Source of the DNA: Gekko japonicus
Lineage: Eukaryota
Direction: 5' to 3'
Assembly: GCF_001447785.1 (NCBI RefSeq)
Contig: NW_015170283.1
Span: forward strand, 1,115,006 to 1,179,005
DNA length: 64,000 nucleotides
Part shown: positions 1 to 13,035 of the stretch, piece by piece
How the letters are laid out: every line of letters begins with the position of its first letter
Numbering within the stretch: position 1 is the first letter of the stretch
Notes under the pieces: generated by a model
Seen by the model: the letters and a program-made list of their open reading frames with translations, nothing else
What the model was told of the DNA's origin: nothing
The model's database searches: none
Made by a program: the position numbers and the translations under genes

Positions 1-690
1 TTTCTGTCACAAGCTCCATAGGAGGTTATGAATTGACATTCACTGGCTTATGGTATGGTTCAATATGACATTAGGCTGGAGCTTCAGGCACATGCTCCAT
101 AGACACGATGGTATCGTAATCCAGGCTGTCGGATTGGTCCCTGTTGCGAGACAGACCAATCCAGGGGGACTCTGTTCTGGTGGGGAAGAATCTCTTTGGT
201 CCCATGCCTGCAATGGGAATGTATTGTGTTCTTACCCTGTAATGTTACAAGTACGCTTGACCTTCAGACCTCTATAGAAACCTGGTATTCTAAGGTGCAC
301 ATTCTGATTGGCTGCTTTGCACAGTGGGCCAATCAGAACGTAGGAATGGTTCTGGAGGGAACAACACACATTGGTCATTATGTCTTAAAGCAATAAAGCA
401 ATGAGTGAGCTTATGCACAGTTCTATTTTAACAGAGCATTACATGGGCTGTCATAAAGGGCCAATCAGAGAAGCCTTTGTCTTCGGCGAGAACCACTCTC
501 ATTGGTTCCAAGCCCTGTGTTCCCATTGGTTGTTATCTGTTTGTTGGGTGTGGCTATGCCCGTCCAAATCGTATATAAATCAGCCTTGTTCCATGTAATT
601 GGGTCTTGTGTTGTTATGAGCTGAATAAAATGAAATCACTTGGTTAAGAAGCTGCATCAATCTCAGTTCATAATACCATACTTTCTCACA
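1..690 (+). mobile_element. LTR-like sequence (probable solo LTR; 5' end may lie before the window)
   Basis: Several CCAAT/ATTGG boxes (~307-529), TATATAAA 572-579, AATAAA 624-629, ends ...TTTCTCACA at 690. No TSD could be confirmed. Confidence 0.4.
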
Positions 691-1004
691 AATAGAGAAT
701 GTGGGGGAAGGAGGAAGTCAAAGACAGAAGTCTTTGATTTTAATGGCAAACTATTTTTTATTAGAAGTCTTTTCAATTATACAAGTGTTAATTATTTTTA
801 CACTCTTAAATTCTATGCTGTAATCTGTGTTGGGTTCCAGATTTCTGGGAGAAAGGGTTATAATTATTTCAAACAAATACATGAAGTCTGAGCTGAACCA
901 GGATCAGGCATACGGTGGAGTCTTCATCTTCCTCCCTCTCTTGCCTTTCTACCATAGGTTGCTTGACAGACCTATGCAACTGTCTGTGCTGAAGGAAGTT
1001 GGAA

Positions 1005-3374
1005 CTGTGCTATGGAGCAGATGGTCATGGAACCTACCAGGGGAGAGGCAATCCTTGATTTGGTCCTCCTAAGTAACACTCAAGATCTGGTGAGAGATGT
1101 AAAAGTGATTGCACCGCTTGGGAACAGTGATCATAATGTTGTTGAGTTCAACATTTGTATAAATAGACTGACACAACCACTTTTAACTTTAAAAGGGGTA
1201 ACTTATCTGATATGAGGGGACACGTGGGGAGGAAACTGAAAGGAAAAGTAGAAAGGGTCAAAACCATTGGGGAAGCTTGGAAACTATTTAAAACTACAAT
1301 CCTAGAAGCTCAAAAAAATATATATTCCGTAGGTTAGGAAAGGCACAAACAGGTATAGGAAAAAGCCTGCATGGTTAACAAACAAACAAAGTAATGGAAG
1401 CTGTAAAAGGTAAAAAGGATTCCTTTAAGCAGTGGAAAGCTAGTCACAGTGAGGCTGATAAAACGGAACACAGACTATGGCAAAAAAAATGCAAGTCTGT
1501 GGTCAGGCAGGCAAAAAGAGAATATGAGGAGCATATAGCAAAAAACGTAAAAACCAACAATAACACTTTCTTCAGATACATTAGAAGCAGGAAAACAGCC
1601 AGGGAGGCAGTGGGGCCCTTGGACGACCAAGGGGTAAAAGGAGTATTGAAGGATGATAGGGAAATGGCTGAGAAGCTGAATGCATTTTTTGCCTCTGTCT
1701 TCACTGAGGAAGATGAAAAGTGCTTGCCCACTCCAGAACTGCTGATTTCAGGAGGGGTGTTGAAAGACCTGAGTCAGATTGAGGTGACGAGAGAGGAGGT
1801 CCTAAAGCTGATAGACAACTTAAAAACTGATAAATCACCAGGCCCAGATGGCACACGTCTGAGAGTTCTGAAAGAACTCAAATGTGAACTTGTGGATCTC
1901 CTGACAAAAATATGTAATCTTTCCTTAAAATCTGCCTCCATTCCTGAGGACTGGAAGGTAGCTAAAGTCACTCCCATCTTTAAAAAGGGTTCCAGAGGAG
2001 ATCCGGGAAATCACACGCCAGTCAGTCTGACGTCCATACCAGGTAAATTGGTGGAAACCATTATTAAGGAAAGAATGAGTAGGCACATAGATGAACAAAA
2101 CCTNNNNNNNNNNNNNNNNNNNNNNNNNNNNNNNNNNNNNNNNNNNNNNNNNNNNNNNNNNNNNNNNNNNNNNNNNNNNNNNNNNNNNNNNNNNNNNNNN
2201 NNNNNNNNNNNNNNNNNNNNNNNNNNNNNNNNNNNNNNNNNNNNNNNNNNNNNNNNNNNNNNNNNNNNNNNNNNNNNNNNNNNNNNNNNNNNNNNNNNNN
2301 NNNNNNNNNNNNNNNNNNNNNNNNNNNNNNNNNNNNNNNNNNNNNNNNNNNNNNNNNNNNNNNNNNNNNNNNNNNNNNNNNNNNNNNNNNNNNNNNNNNN
2401 NNNNNNNNNNNNNNNNNNNNNNNNNNNNNNNNNNNNNNNNNNNNNNNNNNNNNNNNNNNNNNNNNNNNNNNNNNNNNNNNNNNNNNNNNNNNNNNNNNNN
2501 NNNNNNNNNNNNNNNNNNNNNNNNNNNNNNNNNNNNNNNNNNNNNNNNNNNNNNNNNNNNNNNNNNNNNNNNNNNNNNNNNNNNNNNNNNNNNNNNNNNN
2601 NNNNNNNNNNNNNNNNNNNNNNNNNNNNNNNNNNNNNNNNNNNNNNNNNNNNNNNNNNNNNNNNNNNNNNNNNNNNNNNNNNNNNNNNNNNNNNNNNNNN
2701 NNNNNNNNNNNNNNNNNNNNNNNNNNNNNNNNNNNNNNNNNNNNNNNNNNNNNNNNNNNNNNNNNNNNNNNNNNNNNNNNNNNNNNNNNNNNNNNNNNNN
2801 NNNNNNNNNNNNNNNNNNNNNNNNNNNNNNNNNNNNNNNNNNNNNNNNNNNNNNNNNNNNNNNNNNNNNNNNNNNNNNNNNNNNNNNNNNNNNNNNNNNN
2901 NNNNNTATAAGATTATGCATGGTATAGAGCAGGTTGGGAAAGAGGTACTTTTCTCCCTTTCTCACAATATAAGAACTCGTGGGCACTCAATGAAATTACT
3001 GAGCGGTCGGGTTAGAACAGATAAAATGAAGTACTTCTTCACCCAAAGAGTGATTAACACATGGAATTCACTGCCACAGGAAGTGGTGGGTGCTACAAGA
3101 ATGGACAGCTTCAAAAGGGAATTAGATAAGCATATGGAGCAGAGGTCCATCAGTGGCTATTAGCCACAAGGTATAGATAGGGGCTCTGGGGCAAGTGATG
3201 CTCTGTCTTCTTGTTGCTTGGGGGGGGGGTCAACAGTGGGAGGGCTTCTAATGTCCTGGCCCCACTGGTGGACCTCCTGATGGCACTGGTATTTCTGGCC
3301 ACTATGTGATACAGAAGTGTTGGACTGGATGGGCCTTTGGCCTGGTCCAACATTGGCGTCTCTTATGTCCTTAT
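1005..3374 (+). mobile_element. CR1 LINE, 5'-truncated (ORF2 endonuclease C-term + RT, 3' UTR), spans an N gap
   Basis: PTRGEAILDLVL..GNSDH; KSPGPDG..WKVAKVTPIFKKGSRGDPGN.PVSLTS; TRGHSMKL..FFTQRVINTWNSLP; ends with a CTTATGTC/CTTATG tail typical of CR1. Confidence 0.93.
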
Positions 3375-3909
3375 GGAACAGCCCATTAGGCCCACTTCCC
3401 AAAGGAGATGAGTTTCACACATTCCAAATTCTCCTCTGGCTTGGATGGTATCTCTTTCCATCTCTTTCGTTCTTCTCCCCTCACCAATTACCTTCTGCTT
3501 CTGGGGGGCACGTGGTAGAGGCAGAGATGATGGTAAACCATACGGCTGGACAGCAGTCTGAGAAAATATTCTCCCTCCCTCTTTTCCTCTCCCGCCTCAT
3601 TCCTCAGACACACTACATCTATAGCACCTCACATCATGCTGGGAAATATAGTTCCCAAGATGCCTGGCATCTAATGTCAGACATCCTGAGAACTATATTT
3701 CCAGAGTGCCAGGTGCCATGGGTGCATTTAAAGGGTCAGGGGAAGAGGAGGTAAGGAGAATTTTCCTTCCTTTTGGAAGGAACCTGACATGCCATAGTTT
3801 CAGCAGCAAGTAAGCTGCAAGTGGAGGGGAGACTAGGGAACATAGAACCCTATTGTGCTCATGATATTGGGCTTGGCATAACCACATACATCAACTTATA
3901 GGACATTTA

Positions 3910-3986
3910 CAGCGCTATTCTAAGCTTTCTAGGTCCATTGACATGAGAGGACTCAGAAGGGGTTAACTCTGTTTAGGATGGCACTG
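3910..3986. repeat. Short palindromic MITE-like repeat
   Basis: Imperfect terminal inverted repeats ACAGCGCTATTCTA / TAGGATGGCACTGT. Confidence 0.45.
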
Positions 3987-6894
3987 TTAATATCTGTCTG
4001 ATAGGGGAAAGGGGGGGGGCTCTCCAATTAGTAGCTTGTTAATGCTGACTAATCCGAGGCAGCCTGAAGCCCCCTGATGTGAAGGAACTTTTTTTAAGCA
4101 GCATATTCAGATTTAAATGTCAATTACAAAAATGGTTATCTGGTGGTGGTTGATGTTGTTTTTTAAATCCCTACTCTGAAATGAAATCCTTAAAACTCTT
4201 CCACATCAATAATCAAGAACACGCCCTTCCAGCAAGTATCAGATTGAAATGGCATTTCTCCACTTTCACAATTTAATTCCTCCTTCCTATGTTCAGGCTT
4301 TTTTTTTTTTTTTTTGCCAACCCATTATCAACGGTGAATGACAAAGCACTTGCCATTCCTACAATTAATACCATTTTCCCTTCCTATGTTCAATTCCTTG
4401 GAAATATGCCCTGACAGCCATCAGCACCAGTGAATGAAACCCCTCCACACATTCTATGGGAGGTGCATATTATTTTGCTGTTCGAGGCTTGAGACGATGT
4501 AAAGCGGTGACGACAACGGCGACAAAACCCTCCAGCCTTTGATTAGTTGAGCTGACATCAAATGGTAAATCAGGCATTCAGAGTCAACACTATAGGAGGC
4601 CTTCCAAAGGGAAATTGCCGCTCCTTCACCGTGCGCCGCTAGTGGCCCCTTAACTAGTTTCAGACAATGCCATTTTAACTACCCTTAGAAGACCTCTCTC
4701 TCTTTCCCCTCCCTGTCAACTTTAACACAGCCCGCCCCTTTGCTCCCAACGTCTGGTTCGCCTGCAGGCACCCAGGAGGAGCCTTTGAAATGGAACATTT
4801 ACGATTTACTCGCCACTGAAATACTTGGTGCTCTCTGAAAGAACTCGTCCCATCATTCTGCTGGTTTCTAGACTGCAATTAAACCTGAACCTCATGCAAT
4901 GCAAGCAGGGCCCGCTCCCGTGGACAGTCCTTGAACGTTACGATTCCCTTGGGTTTTCTCTCCTCTCCACCCCACCCCCCCAACACGATCCCCTCTTTTG
5001 TGCAGGGGCCTGTTATTGGTGGAATCTAGCAATCAATAATAAATATAACTTTTAGGTCAGTTTGCTTAGATGCGAATCCTGCACGAATGCAATTGGCTGG
5101 AAATGTGTGTTTGCCTTAAGTTCCCTGAGTTCAATGAGGTCATTTTCTCATCTTCCCGTTTTCTGTATTTTCCACAGACATGCCAGTCTCAAACAACACC
5201 CTCTTTCTTCATATTAGAAATGGAAACACGTCCTCTGCAGGAATTTTCCACTTAATAGCTTGTGCTTTCCTACCGGGGGCCTCAGCGCACCACCACTGCA
5301 ATGCCGTATTTCTTGCCGCTGCAGTTTGACATTTTGCAGCCAGCACAATAAGCTGTATTCACTCGCTGCAGATTTTTTTTTTTTAAAAAATACACACATA
5401 TCCGTATAGACACACGGTGCATAATGCAAACACCTTCCATGCTATTCCTTGCATAAAAGATACTTGCACAAGATTTGGTGTTGCAGCATTGTCAAACCTT
5501 TTATAGCACTTCCCTCCGATTTTCTCCTTTCAGACTTAAATACGCGCAAGCGAGCCTCCGTTTTGTGCTTGCTTCCAGGCAAGCATGAAAGACAATTCTC
5601 ATGTTCCGTAGCTGCCTGTAATTGTTTGCCTTTGTGAATTATATCCTTTGCATAGCATGTGCAAACTGTACATCACCGCCTGACACGATGATAAGAGGGA
5701 ACACAGATTGCTTATAATCTCTGCAGTAAACAAAAAAACCCAGCTTTAAAACATGCTGAATGACCTGTCTGGGCGCTACTGCATTTGTAAGACTGCCTCT
5801 AAACCCAGACGCTGCAATACTGTTTTGACCAAAAAAGAAATCTTCAAGGATCAGAAAAGCAAAAGATTTAAGTGGGTTGGATAGTGGGCTGCGGGATATA
5901 ATAACAATGATGCTTACAAAAAACTAAATAGAAAAAAAAAATCTTGCACAACTTAATTAAAGCTTCATTATCAGATATGATCACCGGGATTGTGCAAAGA
6001 TTTCCTCTGTCATTCTTAACGTCTGAACAGAGTGTCGCAGTGAGCGTTGCTGTGTTTATGGTTGAAGCAGAAGGTTCCCCTGTCTGCCCAGAGTTGGTAG
6101 AGTCTTCAGACAGCAAGGTCCCAGTAGGTCAGGCTGGCGAGCATGTTGAATTGCGTATTATCAAACGGAATCAGGGGTTGAGAGAGGGAGCGGGGAAAGG
6201 GTGTGTGTGGGGTGGGAGAGGTATGGTAGTGTCCAGGCAGGGAGGGTGGGCCATTGGGGGGGGGGCGTGATTGATGGATTGCAGGACACCTAGGGTATTT
6301 CTTTCAGGGGGTATTACTTCCACTGTTAGCCAAGAACAAGAGCAAAGGGGAGAGAAAGCAGCAGGGACTGACAGCCTTGTGTTGATCAAAGGGACATAGC
6401 GCTGAATGCCTTGCTAGCTATTTATTAGAAAGACAGGAGGGCTTTGCTATTCGAGCAGGGAGAGAGGGATTAAAGATCAAAAAAAGGGGGTAAGGGGACT
6501 TGCCTGACTTTGTTGTTCAGGGGAAATTTCTTCCACACACATATATATGTAATTTCTATTTGCAACAGCTGAGATTTTGGATGATGATAATGAATAATTA
6601 TCCTTTTTTAAAAAATGTAGGGAGGTCCCTCTGTGGTGAAATGTTTGGGAAACTGTCTTTTAGCCTGATTAACCTAGGAAATTAAGCTTAACTCAGCACT
6701 GCTGAGATTCTATTAGGATCATCCATTCACACATACAACAGGGAGCGGGGAGGTGTGTTCAAAAACATACCCTGTCAGTGCAGATGATTTCATGTTGCAG
6801 AAATGACTATGTGCTCCTGTGCAGGGGAAGGTTACTCTGCCAGCATGATGCCTGTTTCTCAGTGGCAAACTACACTTTATACTGCGGTCACAAG

Positions 6895-7100
6895 CAGTGT
6901 TCCCTCTAAGCTGAGTTAATGTGGGCTAGCTCACAGTTTTTTAGCCTCCGGCTCACACATTTTTGCCTTTGCTCAGGGAGGATGGCTCCAGAGCAAACTC
7001 ATTGATGCAGCAGCCAAATCGCTCGCTTACAACTTTAATGCCAGTAGCTCACAAAGTAGAATGTTTGCTCACAAGACTCCACAGCTTAGAGGGAGCATTG
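6895..7100. mobile_element. hAT-type MITE (family A)
   Basis: TIRs CAGTGTTCCCTCTAAGCTG / CAGCTTAGAGGGAGCATTG; perfect 8-bp TSD GTCACAAG (6887-6894, 7101-7108); second copy at 56431. Confidence 0.88.
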
Positions 7101-9001
7101 GTCACAAGTAACAAAACCATGATGGCTCCTTTACCTTTGCAAAGTACCCATTGAAGCAGAGAATGAAGGAAAGGGAGAGTTTCTGAAACGCCCCTCACCT
7201 CCCTAGTATTTTTATCCCGCAGGGTTCAAGATTTTGTGAAGGAAATATGGGTTCAAATTAATAAACTGGACAAAAACTTTGGGGTGGGGGGAATTTCAGG
7301 GAAGAGATGGTTTATACATTAAGCATTCTCTTCCTCTCTATCCCTCCTCTTTCAGGATTAAACAGTTCTGGCATAATTTTAATTTAATGGGGTATTATAT
7401 AGCCTTTGTTTTATGTTCACCTGTTGTTTCCATTCCTGTGTTCCTGCAAAGAGGTAAGAAAAACATCCAGTAAACTAACTGAGTAAATGTACAAACATGC
7501 TGTGTATGCATGCTGGTCAATAGTATTTGGAAAAATACAGATGCCACTGCAAATGTGGATTGCTGATCAGAAAACCCCCCAATTTAGATTGGATTGCCAT
7601 TTTTCTTCTTTTTAGCAGCTGCTTGATCAATGAACAAATGTTTTCACAGCAGCATTAACCCTGCCCTCATGACCACTGAATGTTCAGTAAATGTGTATAG
7701 AGGGGACCAGGCATTATTCCCAATTCCTTAGATCTGTGTAAAGAGACATAAGAGAAGCCATGGTGGATCAGGCCAATGGCCTATTCAGTCCAACACTCTG
7801 TCACACAATGGCCAAAAACACCAGGTGCCATCAGGAGGTCTACCAGTGGGGCCAGGACACTAGAAGCCCTCCCACTGTTGCCCCCCCCCAAGCACCAAGA
7901 ATACAGAGCATCACTTGCCCCATACCGAGAGTTCCTATCTATACCTTGTGGCTAATAGCCACTGATGGACCTCTGCTCCATATGTTTACTCAGTTTTCTC
8001 TTCAAACCATCCATGCTTGTAGCCGCTACCACCTCCTGTGGCAGTGAATTCGATGTGTTAATCGCTTTTCTGGTGAAGAAGTACTTCTTTTTATCCGTTC
8101 TAACCTGACCGCTCAGCAATTTCATTGAGTGCCCACGAGTTCTTGTATTGTGAGAAAGGGAGAAAAGTACTTATTTCTCTACCTGGTTGTTATAAACCTC
8201 TATCATGTCACCCCTCAACTGTTGTTTCTCCAAGCTAAAGAGCCCCAAGCGATTTAACCTTTCTTCATAGGGAAAGCGTTCAACCCTTTTATCATTCTAA
8301 TTGCCCTTTTCTGCACTTTTTCCAGCGCTATAATATCCTTTCTGAGATGTGGTGACCAGAACTGCACATAGTATTCCAAATGAGGTTGCACCATCGATTT
8401 ATACAGCGGCATTATGATACTGGCTGATTTGTTTTCAGTTCCCTTCCTAATAATCCCCAGGATAATGTTGGTCTTTTTTTATTGCAGTCACACAGTGTCT
8501 CGACATGTTCAGTGAATTATCTACTATGACTGCAAAGTCTCTCTTTTGGTCAGTCTCCATCAGTTTGGACCCCATCAACGTGTATTTATAGTTAGGATTT
8601 TTGGCCCCAATGTGAATCACTTTGCACTTGGCCACATTGAACCCCATTTGCTACATTGACGCCCACTCGCCCATCTTCGACAGATCCCTTTGGTGTGCCT
8701 TACAATCCTCCCTGGTTCTCACCTCCCTGAACAATTTAGCATCATCCGCAAATTTAGCCACTTCACTGCTTTCTCCCAACCCAAGTCCTAATTAATAATG
8801 AACAAGTTAAAAACATTGGACCCAGTACTGATCCCTGAGGTACCCTACTGCTTACCACCCTCGACTGTGGAAATTGCCCATTTACACTCTGTTTCCTATT
8901 AATTAGCCAGTTTTTGATACACAGGAGGACTTTTTTTATTCCATGACTATTGAGCTTAATTAGTTATCAAAAGCTTTCTGGAAGTCAAGGTAAACAACAT
9001 C

Positions 9002-9314
9002 CAGGGCTCTAGTCGGGGGGGAGCTCTCAGGTACGGAGCTCCGGAAGAGAACCTCTAGGGGGCGGGGCGGTCACGTGGTGAAGCCCCGCCCCCTTCTTTA
9101 CCCCGCCCTCTGCTTCGATCCTCATTCCGTTTGGGAATGAGGATGAAGCAGGAGGGTAAGTAGCCGGGCCTTCTGACACACTTCCGGTGATGTCAGGGGG
9201 TGTGGCCTTCTGTCACTTCCGGTGATGTCAGGGGGCGTGGCATATGCAAATAAGTTATGCTAATGAGTTATGCTAATGAGCTCCGGCAGCTCTTTTTCTA
9301 CAACAAGACCCCTG
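9002..9314. mobile_element. hAT-type MITE (family B, CAGGGGTC TIR) inserted in CR1
   Basis: 8-bp TSD ACAACATC (8994-9001, 9315-9322); ends CAGGG.../...AGACCCCTG; contains ATGCAAAT and tandem TTATGCTAATGAG. Confidence 0.85.
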
Positions 9315-10011
9315 ACAACATCTATTGGGTCCCCATTATCCACATGTTGGTTCACTCCCTCAAACGACACTAACAGGTTAGTGAGACAAGATCTTCCCTT
9401 ACAGAATCCATGCTGAGTCTTCCTTAATAGTTTTTTTTCATCAATGTGCCTACTAATTCTCTCCACCAATTTATCCGGTATCAACGTCAGACTGACTGGC
9501 CTGTAATTTCCCAGATCTCTTTTGGAACCCTTTTTAAAGATGGGAGTAACATTAGCTACCTTCCAGTCCTCAGGAATGGAGGCAGATTTTAAGGAAAGAT
9601 TACATATTTTTGTCAAGAGATCCGTAAGTTCACATTTGAGTTCTTTCAGAACTCTTGGATGTATGCCATCCGGGCCTGGTGATCTATCAGTCATAGGACC
9701 TCGTCTCTCGTCACCTCAATCTGACTCAGGTCTTCCAACACCCCTCCCAAAATCAGCGGTTCCAGAGTGGGCAAGTACTTCTCATCTTCCACAGTGAAGA
9801 CAGAGGCAAAAAATGCATTCAGCTTCTCAGCCATTTCCCTATCGTCTTTCAGTATTTTTTTTACCCCTTGGTCATCCAAGGGCCCCACTGCCTCCCTGGC
9901 TGGTTTCCTGCTTCTAATGTATCTGAAGAAAGTGTTATTGTTGGTTTTTACGTTTTTTGCTATATGCTCCTCATATTCTCTTTTTGCCTGCCTGACCACA
10001 GACTTGCATTT

Positions 10012-10378
10012 CGTTTATTGTCTTAGCCATTGGCCATAACAGCACAAAGTAAATCAAAGCACAACAGAAATATACATGAATAACTTGCAGTAAGTCCTAG
10101 ACCCCGTCTTATCTTTTTTGCCGCCAGTGCAAACAAAGCCATTCTGCTAGTAACATGTGCATCAGTATCAGAAAGCAAGAACACGGTCAAATCCTGCTCA
10201 GCAGTTCCATTATACAGAGGTACAATAGGATAAATAAACCTTTGCCTAAGTGATTCGTGCCATAAACATCTCAGAATGTAATGCTTGACATCATCCACTT
10301 CATCCATACCACATAGGCATATTCTAGAAGCGGCAGGGGCACCCAGAAAGCGACCAATACAAACCATTGAAGGTATGG
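10012..10378 (-). mobile_element. 3' end of a non-LTR retrotransposon with C-terminal zinc knuckle (RTE-X/Crack-like), inserted in CR1
   Basis: ORF 10023-10367 has RICLCG..EVDDVKHYILRC..LR; AATAAA at the 3' end; 11-bp TSD GACTTGCATTT (10001-10011, 10379-10389). Clade assignment is tentative. Confidence 0.7.
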
Positions 10379-10839
10379 GACTTGCATTTTATTTGTCATT
10401 GCCTGTGTTCCATTTTATCAGCCTCACTGTGACTAGCTTTCCACTGCTTAAAGGAATCCTTTTTACCTTTTACAGCTTCCATTACTTTGTTTGTTAACCA
10501 TGTAGGCCTTTTTCTATACCTATTTGTGCCTTTCGTAACCTGCGGTATATGTTTTATCTGAACTTCTAGGATTGTACTTTAAAATAGTCTCCAAGCTTCC
10601 CCAATGGTTTTGAACTTTTTAACTTTCCCCTTATTCACTATTAGGAACCATGCAAAAAACAACTTATTTTATGGTGTCTTGTTATGTGACCAACTGCATA
10701 GGACAGCATAGAGGCAAGATCTGTTGTCTCAATCCCATTTCTCACCCTTTCTCCCTTCATTTATCACATTTACTGTATACTAAGGATCACATGATTAGGG
10801 TTCATTTCACATGCTAATTTTTACAAACCAAACTACTGT

Positions 10840-12345
10840 TTATTTGTCTATTTATTAAATTTATCCCACTTCCTCTCCCTTGAACCAGACTCAAGGGCTA
10901 ACAACATAAAATACACTAGGCAAAACGATACAGAGATACAATAAACTTTAAGCACATAAAACAATAAAAAATCTATCAAAGTTAAAATCTATTGACTGTC
11001 AAGCAGGGTAGGATGCATGGATTGTGAAGACATGGCTAGAGAAAGAGCAGCCTTTCATGTCCTGTGGAACCTAGGGAAGTCCAGTAAGGCACGCACCTCT
11101 TCTGACTGCTGATTCCACAGGACGGGAGCCACTACTAAGAAGGCCCTTGCCCTTGTTGACACAAGGTGGACAATTCATGGACCAGGGACCTTCAATAAAT
11201 TTTGGATATGATGATCAGAGAAGATGGGGATGATCATGCTTGGAGAGGTATGAGGTATCCCAGACCATATAGGACTTTGGGTTTTAAAGGTAAGTACTAA
11301 CACTTTGAATTGACACTGGAAACTAATTGGAAGCCAGTGTGCAGCTGCTGTTGGATTGGTGTTATATGCATTGACCAAGACGTTTCTGTCAGCAATCTGG
11401 CAGCTGCATTCTGGACTACTTGCAGTTTCTGGAGCATATTCAAAGGTAGCCCTTCATAGAGTGCATTACAGAAGTCCAGTCTCGAGGTGACTGCTGCTTG
11501 AATTACCATAGCAAAGTCCACCTGAGATGGGGGGCCAGTTGGCAGGCCTAGTGCAGATGGTAGAATGCAGTCTGTCACGGAGGACACACTTGTCCATGGA
11601 AAGCAAAGAATCAAACCACATCCCCAGACTCTGACATAGTTGGTTGTAGAAAGTCGGACCCCTTCAAGGGACGATTGAAGTGGCCACCCCAGCAGTTCAG
11701 GCTTCCCCAGCTACATGATCTCTGTTTTGGATGGATTTAGCTTCAACCAACTCTCATCTAGCCATTCCACTATTGCTTCAAGGCAGGAGGCCAAGACTGG
11801 AATTCAGGCCACCAGTCACTTTTCGAAGAAGAAGAAGGAGGAGGAGGAGGAGATTGGACTTATACCCCGCCCTTCACTTGGAGTCTCAGAGCGGCTTACA
11901 AACTCCTTTCCCTTCCCCTCCCCACAACAGGCACCCTCTGAGGTGGGTGGGGCTGAGAGAGCTCTTGACAGAAACTGCTCTTTTTCAAGGACAGCTGTGC
12001 CAGAGCTTGTGACTGACCCAAGGTCACATCAGCAGGTGCAAGTGGAAGAGTGGGGAATCAAACCCGGTTCTCCCAGATTAGAGTCCGCGCACTTAACCAC
12101 TGCACCAAATAAGAGGCAAAGCTGGGTGTCATTTGCATATTGATCGCGCCTCACTCCAAACCTCCTGACGATCTCCGCCAGAGGGTGCATTGGGGAAAGA
12201 ATTGACCCCTGTGGAACTCCACATGTGAGGACCTTAGAGCCTGTGATGATGAACTCTCTCCACCCACAATTACCCTCTGGGACTGACCCTGAAGGAATGA
12301 AGAGAACCAGCTCAAAGCCATCAGTTTCATGGCAAATACATTCAA
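10840..12345 (-). mobile_element. L2 LINE 3' portion
   Basis: GVPQGSILSP..YANDTQL; VTSRLDFCNAL..LQVVQNAAARLL; FKVLVLTFK. Confidence 0.85.
11825..12109 (-). mobile_element. tRNA-derived SINE (Squam3-like) inserted in L2
   Basis: Minus-strand head TGGTGCAGTGGTTAAG (box A) ... GGTTTGATTCC (box B); (CTT/CCT)n tail; further copies at 50134 and 57507. Confidence 0.8.
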
Positions 12346-12541
12346 CCATTCAATTTACCTGACGCAGTTACTATGATCAGTGTGAGCGAAGGTTGCTAGA
12401 CTTGTCAGGAAGGTTAGGGGTGGGGATATGGTGGGGGGCAGCATTGTGAATATGAAGTCACTCCTGGGGAAAACCAGAAGCGATAGCAGATAGCAATAGG
12501 CATCACCAGAAAACGCTATGAAAAGAGTTTCCAGTGTTTCC

Positions 12542-13035
12542 CAGGTCTGTTACCAGAATCTCGGTAACACATTCATTTTTAAGACTGCTATTCTACCCAT
12601 AAAAGATAGTTGAAGATTTCCCCATTTTGTTAAATCCTTCGTGATTTCCGTTATTAATTTAACATAATTGTCTTCAATTAGCGTATTATTCCTTCTGGAC
12701 ATGGTTATTCCCAGATATTTAATTTTGGTGACCGTCTTCATTCGAGACACTTTTTCTATCTGCTCACTTTGACGTAGCGTACAGTTTTTTATTAAGATAT
12801 TTGTCTTGTTATAGTTTATTTTTAAACCAGCGACTTCTCCGTAACTCTCAATTACTTCCATCAATACTGGTATCGAATTTACTGGTTCTTCAACTACAAA
12901 TACCAAATCGTTCGCGAAAGCCTGCAGCTTATACACTTCTTTCTGTATTTTTAATCCTATTATACTGTCATTCTCTCTTACCAGGTCTGTTAGAGTTTCT
13001 AGCCTAACAAACCTGGTAAGAGAGAATGACAGTAT
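12542..13035 (-). mobile_element. Internal L1 ORF2 (RT) fragment with a palindromic junction
   Basis: YKLQAFANDL..YGEVAGLKINYNKT..IKYLGI..LSFMGRIAVLKMNVLP; flanked by 21-bp direct repeat AAAAGAGTTTCCAGTGTTTCC (12521-12541, 13036-13056). Confidence 0.85.

Larger units (their letters stand above)
7740..10632 (-). mobile_element. CR1 LINE (same family as the copy at 1005), interrupted by two insertions
   Basis: Minus-strand ORFs 9691-9999, 9260-9694 (QHGFCKGRSCLTNL) and 8447-8647 (FNVAKCKVIHIG) closely match the first CR1; 3' tail at ~7740. Confidence 0.93.

Noticed and set aside
2104-2904. Long ORFs spanning N runs (also 17835, 39843, 48697, 55550)
   Set aside because: Artefacts of assembly gaps.
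4630-4648. CTCF-like motif GGCCACTAGCGGCGCA
   Set aside because: One base short in the core spacing.
5944-6270. 108-aa ORF in unique sequence
   Set aside because: No recognisable domain, non-ATG start, and it runs into low-complexity G-rich sequence.
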